This document shows, one piece after another, positions 13,975 to 25,884 of a stretch of 57,457 nucleotides of DNA (positions are counted from its first letter, which is position 1; each line of letters opens with the position of its first letter). The stretch covers positions 1 through 57,457 of the forward strand of contig KZ538638.1 of assembly GCA_000934665.2 (NCBI GenBank). The letters run 5' to 3'. This DNA comes from Catajapyx aquilonaris. Lineage: Eukaryota. The translations under genes were made by a program, and so were the position numbers. The notes under the pieces were generated by a model. That model saw nothing but the letters and a program-made list of their open reading frames with translations. It searched no databases and had not been told where the DNA came from.

Positions 13975-14270
13975 TGCCGGTGCAGAGCGCGGAGTGAGCG
14001 TCGCTATACGGCTGCTGCCAAGAGAGAGGAGAGCGTGTGACTTGCCCACATTTGCCCCGTTGCGGTGATTGCTTTTTGGGAACAGTGCGTGTGACATATG
14101 AGTGTGGCTTCTGTGGCTCTGTGAATCTTTTTTGGCGGTGTTGACTACCTGGCTGGACCACTTTGATATGGAGGACTTGAGTGTTATGTGTGACAGGAGC
14201 GTGAATAGGATTCAAGCGTACAAGGGACTTTGGCGCTCCTAGCGATTTTGGAATTCGCGACAGGTACAAC
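13971..14270 (+). other. Putative non-coding 5' UTR exon of Delta, splicing to about 15150
   Basis: Follows the TATA/Inr and ends at a gtaagt donor (14271). The downstream acceptor tttgttgcag| (15149) has a CTAAC branch point at 15120-15124. An alternative acceptor lies at 15079. Confidence 0.5.
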
Positions 14271-15278
14271 GTAAGTGTTGGGACGGGACATAGATGAATG
14301 GGCTTGTATACCACGACAGAATGAACATGAAATATTCATTTATTTTCAATTTAAATCATTCACGATCATTCTCTACTGGTATATGAACAATACGTTGTTC
14401 AAGATAATGTTAGCAATCGACAACTTATATACGCAGTGATCAGCCTTTCTTGGGGTATTAGCTTCTCAACAAAGATATAGGCATATTCGGAACGTGATAT
14501 AGGAAATTCGCGATTTGAAAGCTGGCGGCTGAGGATAATGTCCAGATATAGCATGCAGATGTCGCCCGATTTGCTCGAGCGAAGATTATTATCTTAATGT
14601 AAACAAACACGGCGGTATAGACTTTTTTTTACCATATTTGTAAAAAGTATATCGATCTGGTGCGTCGTGGGTTGTTGAACTTCAAAACACAAGCATATTG
14701 TGCCATACGCTGCATATGGTGCAAGTTGCGGTACACCTTAATCTGGTGCATTGTCACTCCTTTTGCTGATCGGGGAAAAGCCCATCGCGGGGAAATTTGA
14801 TTATATTCTAAACAAAAACTTTTATTTCTCGATATCGCGGTCTAGCTGGTGAAATCACCACTTCATCCGAACCGCGTCAATAGCTATTAGAGATCACTTA
14901 TCTGCCAGAATCGATATCAAAGTTGAAGTCCTGGCTATTGTACCAGTAGCGGGAAAGTGAATCATTGTTACGCAAGTGTACGGTGCGGTTTTTCAAGTCC
15001 CGCCGCACACACTTGGACGCACGCGTACACATGCAACAGCAGCGTTGATTACGTCTAGGGTTGGCGTGTTGTCCGGCAGGTGTCGGGGAGGGCCTGGTCC
15101 TGTGATTGGAGTGGTGTTGCTAACCGGAGGACTTGTGCGTTTGTTGCAGCGCGCAGGGAGGCGTGGCCAAAGAATCCCGGCGTAGTCTGGTGTCGTCGCC
15201 TAGCGGACGGTGTCGGCAGCTGCGACGGGGCAGCGGCCCGCGAACTCCCAACCCGGATCAGTGCAGCCCGAGCTGGCC

Positions 15279-15389
15279 ATGTGGGAGTGCGCCAGCATGG
15301 GGACGCTCTCACGGACCAGGAGGCTCGTGGGAGGGCCCACCTCCTATTGGTTACTACTACTTTTGGCGTGCTTGACCACACTGTCTCAG
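15279..15389 (+). CDS. Dl: Delta coding exon 1 (signal peptide); start at ATG 15279 or in-frame ATG 15297
   Basis: [37 protein letters not shown] has a hydrophobic core. Donor CAG|gtaagt joins in phase 0 to VTGSGVFEL. Confidence 0.85.
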
Positions 15390-16439
15390 GTAAGTTGACT
15401 TGTATTTTGAATGGTTTTGTTGGTTGTCATATCGATACTTGTGACCATTGTTTGGGTGGCCTCGCAGGGATTTTGGATATTTGGTATTTGGGATGATAAC
15501 AAACTATGATTTGTTTTGTGTAAACAGATACAGCGTATCGGTATCAGTGGGGTATTATAGTGTGTGAAGCACTTGGAACATCTGGGGGTTGTTGTAAACA
15601 CTCTGGCGCAAGTGCGACATGTCAACCAAACATTGTTGACTGTTGATGCTCTTGATGACTGACGAATTGTTGTTTGCCCTCGCAGGTGACCGGCAGCGGA
15701 GTGTTCGAGCTGAGGTTAAAGTCTTTCGTGAACGATCTGGGCAAGGATGCTGAGGGGCATTGTTGCAGCGGTTTCCGCACCTCCAGTGGGAAATGCAGTG
15801 GTGTGTGTCTGACAAAGTTCCGCGTGTGTTTGAAGCACTATCAAACGACCATCGACCCTACCCCGCCGTGCACGTTCGGTGATGTGGTGAGCCCAGTGTT
15901 GGGCAATAATAGTGTGCATATGGATGACGTGGATCTCGAGGGATTCAAGAACCCCATCGAGTTCAAGTTCGACTTCAGCTGGCCGGTAAGTGAAACTTCC
16001 AGACATCATCCTTATTGGGCCCAGTAGTTGGCAAGTGTGACGCAGGATGGGACAGACACAGGATATTCCCTATCGAGAGACGGGGCTGGGAAACACATAT
16101 CGCCCTACATATGAATATGCACCAGGCGTGATTGGGACGGCCCGACTCTAATCGATAAATTGGTTCTGATCTAAGGGTGACACCAAGTCTAGGCCAGTGC
16201 TTTTGAGGGAGGCTAGGAAAAGGGAAGTTGGCAGCGTCACCTGTCCAGCCAGCCAGCCAGCCTGTCCGTCACACCTGGCCCAAAAGGCACCGGAAGCCAG
16301 GATTGCCGGCAGGCACAAGTGACGCCGGCGCCAGTAACCTCCTCACCGCGAATCAGTGTCAATCTGAGATTCATAAACGGGGAGGGCAGTAAGTACGAGC
16401 CTCAGGGGGTGGGAGAGCCAAGGGCAGGAACGAGTCTGG

Positions 16440-16479
<40 letters not shown>

Positions 16480-19400
16480 CAACCGGGGGAGAGGTAAGGG
16501 GGAGAAAGTTGGCCGAGGAGCGATCCGTTCCCACGCTGATCAGGCCAGTCCTTACTGTGCATCAAGGCTTCCCTCGGCCCAAGAGATGTCTATAATAAGC
16601 AACGTTATAGGGGCAGTAACAGTGGGGGGCTACCATTTTTGCGGGGAATGTACGGTAGGGAACCAGTTTCGCAGGTTTTTCCTCAAAATCGGCGGAAGCT
16701 GCGTAACGCGGGGGGGGTTAAAGGAAAAGGAGCTCGTGACCCGGCCTTGTGACCCCGACCTTGGTTGGCACGTGACAGGTCTCTCTGGCTAGAAGTAGGG
16801 CTGTCGATGTCTTCAGGAGCTGGCGGTTCATCCCTGTTTTTTTTCTTGTTTCTTTTAGGGAACCTTCTCATTGATTGTGGAAGCTTGGCACGCAACGAAC
16901 ATGACAGGCTCCGCCTACGGAGGTAAGTTCAACTGTTCTTTCTCAACCTGGGTGAAGGTGGGCAAAACTTTGTGCCAGTTGGTAGCTTTCCATTCTTTTT
17001 TGGCGGGGCTAGGGTGGGGGGAGAGGGTAGGAGGGTGAGAGTTTAAGTTGAGGATGCCCCCAACCAACTGGCTTGCTGTGCAACTTCGTGATGTGCTTTG
17101 CCTCGTTCCTGCTTGATAACCATCAGCCATTTAGGAAGAAACCCAACCTTGGTGGTTGGGGTGGCTGTGAAATATATATATTTTTTATATACCCCACCGC
17201 CACCTTCTTGGGCATGGTTGACAAGTTCAACTCGCACAATGCAAAGAACCTTCATTCCCGCAATTACGAGAAAAACCAGGCGAAAGGACTAATCCCGTTA
17301 CACTCGTAGTTTGACCCCCTCGGGGAAATGCCTTGTAATAGAGGCAGTCGCCATTTTTTGCCAAAGTGTGTGAATCTCCCAGCAAATCTCGAACGTCATC
17401 GCTTGTTTTGTTGTTTGGCATTCTTTCCGTTCCGGGTTGTTTACCACGACCTCTTGTTTTTGTTTGTAACCGGAAAAAACCGAGGCACCCGGAAAAATAC
17501 CGTGTCTGGAAACAAAAATGTGTAACCCGGATTGACCCGAGTGACCGTGAGCATGACTCACAAAACCCTGTTCATTTTTTTTTTACACTTCTTCTTTTAT
17601 ATACCCCCTCGTGCTCACCTTCCCAACCCGCATCAATGTCATGGGAACGTAGGAACCTTGGCTGGCCCCGGAGTTGAACCAAGAGCTGGGCTTCGAAAAA
17701 GCCTTCCAATGCGAGGTCACATTGTTATTAAAAAGGGGGTGGATATTCCGCGCGTGGGAGTGTGGACCGTTCCCCATATGAATTATGTCCTCAAACTGTC
17801 CAAATCTCAGGGATGTATAAATCCGAATGGGTGGGCCACTCGTGTCAAAATACCAAAATGAAATATTGTCCCGAACCGGTTTTGGCAGTAGAGCAGGTTA
17901 ATTTTCTCTAGTGAGGACTCCCGTACCCCACCGATGTCAGCGCCTTCCAGCCGCTCTGACATGCTGGTTGCAGCCCGGCCAGGATAAGAGTCCTCCCCTC
18001 CCTAGCATTCGGGTGACGTAACCCTGTAGCGCATATCCTGCCCGGAACCCGGAACACTGGTTTCCCCCGGGGCGGGGGTATCAAATGTACCCCCTCTCTA
18101 AATTCAGGCTCTGAAAATGGGGAAGTGAGGACAGACGGACAGTCCCTTTTACCATTCCAATGACTGGCTTCCTTCCCGCTTCCCGTTCTGGGGCGTGGGA
18201 ATGGATCTGGTTTTTCCTCCGGGTCCATAAAGCACTAGGGATGCCCCTTCGGCATCTTCTTAAGGACATTATTTTTACCCCCCCCCCCCCCCCCCCCCCC
18301 NCCAACCCATCCGCCCCACCTTTTTTTTAAAGTTAGAAGTGGCCCGTGAGTTTGTTTAGACTCGTAGCTTTCCCCCCAACTGAAGAAGTGGTGTCTTGAA
18401 GAAAATCATTTTTATTAGCCCCAGGGTGCCCCCTTAGAGGGGGTGGAAAAATATGTAGGATATGAGTTGCATGGTGAAGGTGCGAAACCGGACTCGTGGG
18501 ACCATCACTGTCGTGACCGGGAAAGTAGGTACCCGAAGTGGTGACCTCGTCACAAAAGTGGATGGCAGCAGGGAAAAACTGCTGGTGGTTTGGGGGTCGC
18601 TATTTTTTGGGGGGAACCCCACGACGGTTGTTTTTTATATCGGCGGGGTTGGCACAATTGGCAGGGTTGTCGTGTCGGAAGCCAACCCTCCGGACTAACG
18701 GCTCAGATCGCCATTTCAGATTGCGTGTTAGTCACCTGAACAATATAGGTTAGGACCGATCTGGCACCGTGGCTCCAAAGAGGTTCCTCCACTTCTTGGC
18801 CACCCCACCGGCACCAGATGGCCAAAAGAGGGGTAGCTACCAACTGGTACTTGAGCAAGGAACGAAAAAAGGTGGTGGTAGGAGGGATAGGCGGTGACAA
18901 AGTACGACTCGCTGCAATATATACAAACAGGCGAAGTAGACAATGAGCCAGATTGTGACCAAGTATGTGGCATAGGTGTCACACCGGCTGTGTTTACGCC
19001 CGATCGAGGTCGGACAGAATGCTGGCTATAAACGGAAGTGCTGATTCGTTCGCGCCCTTGACGAGAACGATACAAGTGTTATAATATACACTTAGGTTCA
19101 ATCTGTACTGGCGGCGTATTACTTCACGATTGATGGTGTTGACACACATGGGAGCGTCTTCATTTTGACTAATCAGCTCAACTCCTGGGGGAAGGTTTCG
19201 TAACGGCGCGAAACGAGTCAGACTCGTCCGATTGCAAGTAGAAAGGCGAATTTTGGCTGCCAAAAATGTGGAACATATTCGCGCGCTAAATGGCGGTTGG
19301 TAATCCGAGTCTATTGTACCTTGTCGTTTCTTTGTGGATAGTTTTCTGGGGAGAGGAGGGGTGGTAAGAGACTTCGGGGGAGGAGAAGAGAAGCGTGTGA

Positions 19401-22400
19401 ACCATCCCTGGGTTGCACCCCTCCGGTTTGTTTCGTGCTTCTGCTCCCATGACAGGACACCGTTGAGCTTTTGGGAAGGGAGGGTGGGGTGGAAGGACCT
19501 TCTCTTCTGCTTGCTTGCTTGCTTGCCTGCCTTCCTCCTGATGGACCCAGGTGCGTTGCAGAAGGAAGGAAGGAAGCAAGGAGGAAGTGAACCTTTTGAA
19601 ATTCGAGCTAGCGGTTGCTAGGGGTCCCTCCCTGTATTTGCATCCAGGCCCTTTGGGCGCCCATTCATCTGGGCTGCCTTAAACTTACGACGCTGGTCAT
19701 AACGGGGATTGGTCCATTCTTTCCGTCAGCTGCAATTGCGCAAGGTTGTGCATGCGGCAAGTATCTCACGGAAATTGATTTTGGCGAGAAGGAAGTTGGA
19801 GGCGAGAAAGGAGTAATTCGGTCGCAATTACGACTTTTTTAAGAGGAGTCGAAACAACCTGTCCCAATTACTTATGGGCCGTTTGGCCGACACGGTGAAA
19901 GCCGTGGAATGTTTGAATAACCGTCCTAATTATTCCACCCATGACCTATAGAAGCAAAAAGCACCTGTACCTGACGTCACCTATAGCATTTTTTGTGCTT
20001 TGTTATTCGCAGGTGAAGACACCCTGATTAGCCGTTTGGCGACTCAGCGGTGGTTGGACGTGAGTGACAATTGGACTCAAGACGAGCACATGACGTCGGA
20101 CTCGGTGATGCGGTACGAGTACCGGGTACGGTGCGATCCACATTACTACGGGGAGGGTTGTGCGGCCTTGTGCCGACCAAGGGACGACACCTTCGGTCAC
20201 TACACCTGTTCCGAGGCCGGCCAGATGATGTGCCTGCCCGGATGGACCGGCGAATACTGCACCAGAGGTGAGTACACCTTTTTTGGTACTTTGCTACCTA
20301 GTCTCCCCCGTATATGGAGGTTGAATCCCGCTGATTTGGATCGCGGGGGAAAATCTGGAAGATGGGGAAGTGAAACTTACCCATCTCAACATGCAAAGAG
20401 CGCCCTGTGAAAGTTTTTAGAAAGCGAAATTTGTGGGAGCTTCTTCACCCCCGTTGATTTGAGAGCGATGCTTCTATGCCTCCGTTCTAAAAGGCCTCTT
20501 ATGCAACAGGATGATCCTGCTAGCCAAACTCGACTTTCGTAATGAATCCGTCGGCTTTTTTGTGTGTCCGCGCCTTCCATTTGTTAATGACAGTTCCCGC
20601 TCATCTGTAGAACCGGTATGCCCGGAGAAATGTATGTTGGAAGGACAAAATGATAGCAAAAGCGCAGGACCTGTTGATAAGGTCCCATATAGGGATAGCT
20701 CCCCCTCCACCCTACCCTCCCATCAGGTACCGGGCGCCTGAATGAAGTCGTAGTGACGCCATGGTCCCCCGAGTGGCAGATGGTCGAGAGACAATAGGGT
20801 TTGATGTCGGAGCCGCACGCAGCAAGCGTGCCGCCTGCCTTTTCACGCACAAGTGTACGAGCAAAAAGTGTCACTTTTGCCGTATCGACCAGCTTATTAG
20901 TATTCTACAAAACCGTCGTACATATGCAGGAAGGCCCTCAGGTACTCAATTGGCAAAAAACAAAAAAAAACCTAATCTAATCGTCAGGATGATTTTCCTG
21001 GACGTGCCTCAGAGCGGAACAAACGAGGGTGTCTTGAAGCGGAATTCCTCATTCGGATGCTGAGAATGGGCAAAAAGATACGGTTTGAAGAGCTTGGTAG
21101 TCAAGCTTGAGACGCGTGCCTTATATGAGATGGCGGCGGTGCACCATAGGGATGTATCGGAATGGAGGTCCAAGATGCGGAGCACGTGCCGGCCCGACAA
21201 GACGCGTGGCGTCCTTCCGGTTTTTGGGGGTGGTAGGAGCGGGGGGGGGTTACCAAAGGGGGACGCGCTCGCACGTGGCAGCTGTCACTACGAGAGGCCT
21301 TCGGAACAAAAGAGGAAAAGCCGCGCCGGCTGCTGGCGCTTGCCACGAGACCAGCTGCCCCCAAGCCCACCCCTACCACCCTACCCCACCACCCCCCTTC
21401 AAAAGGCAAAACAGCGCAGCTGGACCTTTCCCGCCACACTTTTGCCAAAATTGCCAGGTGAAGCTTGCTCCTTTTTCTTGTACTTGGGGCAGGTAGGACC
21501 CTCCCCTGGTATTGTCCCGGATCTCCCAGGGAAACCTTTTTTTTATTGTACGTATTCAAGATGCCTATGAATGCTGGAAGGTTACTATTGGCCAAGTGTT
21601 AGGTTAGGTCGGCCTGGCGTGGCGTCCCCGAAGCTATGAGAGCAGATGGTGGTAGAGGACAGAGGGGGTTAAAAAGGGGGGCACTTGACCATCGTGGATA
21701 CTGGTGTCGGTCAACCTGTGACCAGCAGACAGCATCCAGGCGAAGAAGTGGACCACAGAACCGCATCTTTTTGGTTCGGAAGCGGCAGAGCGGAACGCTC
21801 CTCCTGTTTCCCACGGGTAGCTCCCTACTCAATTGCTGCTTGCCTGCCAGCCAACCCCAAGAACTGGTCTCGATCATGCTTTTTTACCACCGCCCTGCTG
21901 TTGTTTTTAACCTTTTTTTTTATCTTGCCCTGAAGCCGACGTACCCTTGACATACGCACGAAACGCGCTCCCGGGTTTCAACCTCCATCGGACAGGTACA
22001 ATGCCCCGTACTATTCCCTACATACTGACCCGTCTCTTTTATTTTTATTACAGCCGTGTGTCTGAAGGGGTGCCATGAGCAACATGGGTCGTGCACCGAG
22101 CCCAACGAGTGCAAGTAAGTATTGCCCTTGAGCCCATTCATTGCTCCTTCAGGTGTTCAGTCGGCCGTATGCAAAAATTTGGGCGAAATCAGTGTCGGTA
22201 ATCGGAGAGGCGGGGCCGCCAAACGTCTGGCGCCGGCGCCTATTTTGGGGCCAGTGGGGGTATTTAAAAATAAAAAAAGTGTGTGGTGTCTGGAAATGTG
22301 GGGTTCAATGAGGTTGTTGGTTGTCTGGACGCCTTCCTAATGGACGGCCTTGACAATGAACCTCTGCTGCTGCACCACGTAAAGATGAGCAGGTGGGATG

Positions 22401-25400
22401 GCACTGCGCGGGTTTTAGGTAGTGGCCGGTGGGTGGAGGGGTGTAAGGGGGTGGATTTGTTTCTTTTTTATTATTTAAAGAGACTGGGCGAAGGTCAGTC
22501 AGTCGGCAAAGAAGTTCCTCGCCTCATCTGTGCCGTACTGAAGGTCATCGGGTTGGAAGCGCCGGGAGCTACCTGGGAAGGGTCGTGGGAAAGGAAATTG
22601 ATGCCGGCCCAAGACTTGTTTCCAAACGTCCTTTCGGGGGTGTCTTTTTAAACAGCCCTCCTCTCTTGAGTAAACACTGGTGACATTTGCGACGGAGCGC
22701 CAGGCGCCTTCGTGCGAACCAGGCGGGCAGCTCCGTTACACCTCAAGATATATTGGGCCCGAATGACCCCACAGTCCGTCACAGAATCAGCTATATTGGA
22801 GCCATACCTGTAGACTGGTGGCCGGAAGGAGCTGCCAAGTTGAATGGCAATGAACTGGAGGGGTCACGGGGAATATAACACGGAAAGGGATGGGAAAGGG
22901 AGAGCTGGGCTCCCAAGGCGAAGAATGGAAACGGTGGAACAAAAGGATGACTGTGGTGCGAGGGGGAGGAGGAGGAAGGCGGGCGGGGGTGATGAAAATT
23001 TTTCGAAATGAAGGATAGTAGGAAGAGGGAGAGAGTATGAGGATTGCATGATTGAGCCAAAGAGCGGGGGCGTATAAATGAGCTTAAACAATGGCCAATT
23101 ACACTATTCTGCATACCGCTATTTTTTTCTATGCTAGGGTATACCGAAGGACTGGAGAAAAAAAATTGAGAAAAAAAGTATACCTCCCGCCAGGAAAATG
23201 GGTGCAATTTCCTCCAATTAAAGCATCGGTGGTAGGTAAGCGCCATGTGAATGTGGCGGGTTAGTTTTCTCAAGGTGGCCGCAAATAGCATCCAGGGGAG
23301 CAATTAGGATGCTAGGAGTGGAAGGCGAAGAAGAAGAGAAAAAAAATAGTGGAGGTCTCGATAAACGTGAGGAGACGACCCCCTAAGCGCGATTCGTATC
23401 GCACAAAGCAGCAAGAGCGTGGAGAATGGTTACCTAAAGCTGGTTTCGTGACGGGCTGATGCATTTTTGGTTGTCAAACGTTCATATTCGGTGCCAACGT
23501 GGGAGAGAGGAAGTAGGCCACATTTAGAGTTTCTCACGGCTGTAAGCAAGAACCCATTTTGTGTCACCCTGATCGGTTTAAAACGCACCGCCCGCTGAAA
23601 CCCGAGACCTTGGGGCGCATGGGAGGAGGCCTGGGCGGCACCCTCCTTTTAAGCTATTGTGTGCCTTGTAAATCAGATTCGGCGCCCCTACCAGGCAGCG
23701 CCTTTAATATATTCGGGGCGCCCCCCCACGACTACCGAATTAGGCGAGGTGTTAAATATGGCGCTCTGGTTCTCCCTAGATGCCAACTAGGCTGGAAAGG
23801 ACCATTCTGCGACCAGTGCATGTCGTACCCGGGGTGCCTGCACGGATCCTGCCAGCTTCCTTGGCAGTGCAATTGCGACGAGGGCTGGGGTGGACTCTTC
23901 TGCAACCAGGACCTCAACTATTGCACGAACCACAAGCCTTGTCGCAATGGTGGGACCTGCTTCAACACGGGGCAGGGCTCGTACACGTGCAACTGCCCGG
24001 AGGGGTACTCCGGAACTGACTGCGAGATCAAACTGGATGACTGCGCCCACCAGCCTTGTCTCAATGGAGGCACTTGTAGGGTAGGTGTCGATGTTGTTGC
24101 TGACGACAATGGAAGGGTGAGTGGTGTGCTTGACCGGTTCTTGTCACTTTTCGCTTCAGGACAATGGCACCAGCTATGTCTGCGCCTGCCCGACTGGTTG
24201 GCATGGGCGCCACTGCGAGACGTCGGCCCAGACTTGCGCCGACACACCGTGCAAGAACAAGGGGACATGCATAGATACTGAGGAGGGGTACCTGTGCCAC
24301 TGTCCGCCTGGTTACGCCGGGACCACCTGCGAGGTGCAGATCGACGAATGCTCACCCAGTCCCTGCCTGAACGGTAAGTGTTGCATTGTGTGATGATTGA
24401 GTGAATGGGGTGGATGGACAGGGATGCTGAAAGTCCCCGATCTTGCGTTGTTCACAGGGGGCAGTTGTGTAGACCAACTGAACGGATTCCGATGCCACTG
24501 TCCGACTGGCTTCACTGGGGACCGGTGCGAGACCAACATCGACGATTGCCGCGATAACCCTTGCCTGAACGGAGGGAGCTGCCAGGACCAAGTGAATGGG
24601 TTCAAGTGCCAGTGCGTCCCCGGTATGGTGGGCTCCCTGTGCCAGGACAAGGTGAATTACTGCCTAGCGAAGCCCTGCGCCAATGGCGGCGAGTGCCGGG
24701 AGATGCTGAACGACTTCCGGTGCGCCTGCCGGCCCGGATTCGGCGGAAAGGACTGCAGCAGTGAGACGGACGAATGCGCCAGTGCACCCTGCCTGAACGG
24801 CGGGACCTGCGTCGATCGCGTCAACGAGTTCGTATGCCAATGCAAAGATGGCTTCGGTGGGGCACGGTGCGAGGGGGACGCGACCACACAAACTAATGTG
24901 TCGCGAAGGGTGTCCGACCTGGAAGCCGGCATGGTCGGCTCAGTTGTTGAAGGCGACGACGACGACGGCCTGTCGGCGCAACACGTGGTGCTGATCGCCA
25001 CGGTCTCCACGGCCATCCCGCTCCTGGTTCTGGTGGCGGCTGCGGCGGTGGTGTACATGAAATACAAGCGCAAACGCGAGCGACGCCGCGCCGACGACGA
25101 GGCGCGCAAGCAGAACGAGCAAAACTCCATGCAGGGCATGAGCAAGAAGTGCCTGGACGAGCACATGATAGTGAACCCGCTCGACTACCCGAAGGCAAAG
25201 TGCGTGAACACCAGCAGCAATGGACTGGTTCCGACTCACGATGAGCCGGACTGCTGCAACTACTCCAAAGACAACTCCAGCTACCACACCCTCCAAAGAA
25301 CTAAGTCAAGTAAGCAGCTCAACATTGACTCGGTGGCCCGACGGGCATCCGCGTTGAGCGACAAACTCGACAAAGACTACGATAACCTGTGCGCGAACAG

Positions 25401-25884
25401 CAGGACTCCTTCCTCGGTGGACCGCAGAGTGTCCACTTTAACCTTAGACTCGCACGTGTCCTCATTGTGCAACAATAGGTAAATATCCTCCTCCCAAAGT
25501 GCTTATCTGTAGTGCCAGTGAACACAGACACCTACACAGTGGTTTTTTGCATGCTGCACCTGTGCCACACATGACGGCCACACTTCTTCTTGGCCCGGAG
25601 TCGACCATCTCAGGCGGGATGGTATGATCATTGCTTCATTTTTCACCTTTCGATAGACCCTTCTTATATGCCTGCCGATAGATGGGCCAAGAAAGAGTGC
25701 TGGGCCAGTACTTTGCTTGATGATCTGAAACAAGTGTCTGACCCATGCCCTTCCTTTTGTTGTCCCTTGCAGCGAAGGCACGTTAGTCAAACGGCCTGCA
25801 GATGAATTGAGTTGCGGCCAACAGAGCAGTGTATATGTGATAGGGGAGCACTACCCGGAAGGCCTCTTCGCTACGGAAGTGTAA
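15279..25884 (+). CDS. Dl: Delta, Notch ligand (whole spliced CDS: 15279-15389, 15686-15985, 16859-16922, 20013-20267, 22054-22114, 23780-24080, 24160-24373, 24458-25478, 25773-25884; 2439 nt, 812 aa)
   Basis: All 8 introns are GT..AG with compatible phases (0,0,1,1,2,0,1,2) and give one open frame. Domain order is signal peptide, MNNL ([32 protein letters not shown]), DSL, 9 EGF, TM, then an intracellular tail ending ATEV. There is no Serrate/Jagged-type cysteine-rich domain. Confidence 0.96.
15686..15985 (+). CDS. Dl: Delta coding exon 2 (MNNL/C2 domain)
   Basis: cgcag|GTGACC acceptor; [17 protein letters not shown]...[13 protein letters not shown]...FDFSWP; CCG|gtaagt donor. Confidence 0.97.
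16438..16481. repeat. (GGCA)11 tetranucleotide microsatellite in Delta intron
   Basis: Directly visible perfect array. A short (CCAG)n array lies at about 16245-16262. Confidence 0.95.
16859..16922 (+). CDS. Dl: Delta coding exon 3 (64 nt, not in the ORF track)
   Basis: Long polypyrimidine tract plus tttag| acceptor. Encodes the conserved [11 protein letters not shown] followed by [10 protein letters not shown]. Donor G|gtaagt. Confidence 0.95.
20013..20267 (+). CDS. Dl: Delta coding exon 4 (end of C2 domain and DSL domain)
   Basis: [13 protein letters not shown]...[30 protein letters not shown]...[10 protein letters not shown]; cgcag| acceptor and G|gtgagt donor. Confidence 0.97.
22054..22114 (+). 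CDS. Dl: Delta coding exon 5 (first part of EGF1, 61 nt)
   Basis: ttacag| acceptor; (A)[19 protein letters not shown](K); AA|gtaagt donor; phases fit both neighbouring exons. Confidence 0.95.
23780..24080 (+). CDS. Dl: Delta coding exon 6 (end of EGF1 to start of EGF4)
   Basis: ccctag| acceptor; [24 protein letters not shown]...[19 protein letters not shown]...[11 protein letters not shown]|gtaggt donor. Confidence 0.97.
24160..24373 (+). CDS. Dl: Delta coding exon 7 (EGF4 to EGF6)
   Basis: cttcag| acceptor; [19 protein letters not shown]...[12 protein letters not shown]|gtaagt donor. Confidence 0.96.
24458..25478 (+). CDS. Dl: Delta coding exon 8 (EGF6-9, transmembrane segment about 24985-25059, most of intracellular domain)
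   Basis: tcacag| acceptor; EGF repeats; [27 protein letters not shown] followed by basic [28 protein letters not shown]|gtaaat donor. Confidence 0.96.
25773..25884 (+). CDS. Dl: Delta terminal coding exon ending in SVYVI...ATEV (PDZ-binding motif); not in the ORF track
   Basis: Pyrimidine tract plus ttgcag| acceptor in phase 2; (S)[36 protein letters not shown]. Resembles the SVYVI...ATEV end of vertebrate DLL1. Confidence 0.93.

Noticed and set aside
23559..24281. 240-aa ORF taken as a standalone EGF protein
   Set aside because: It is Delta exon 6 plus read-through into flanking introns. The antisense ORFs over 23700-25300 are shadows of GC-rich coding sequence.
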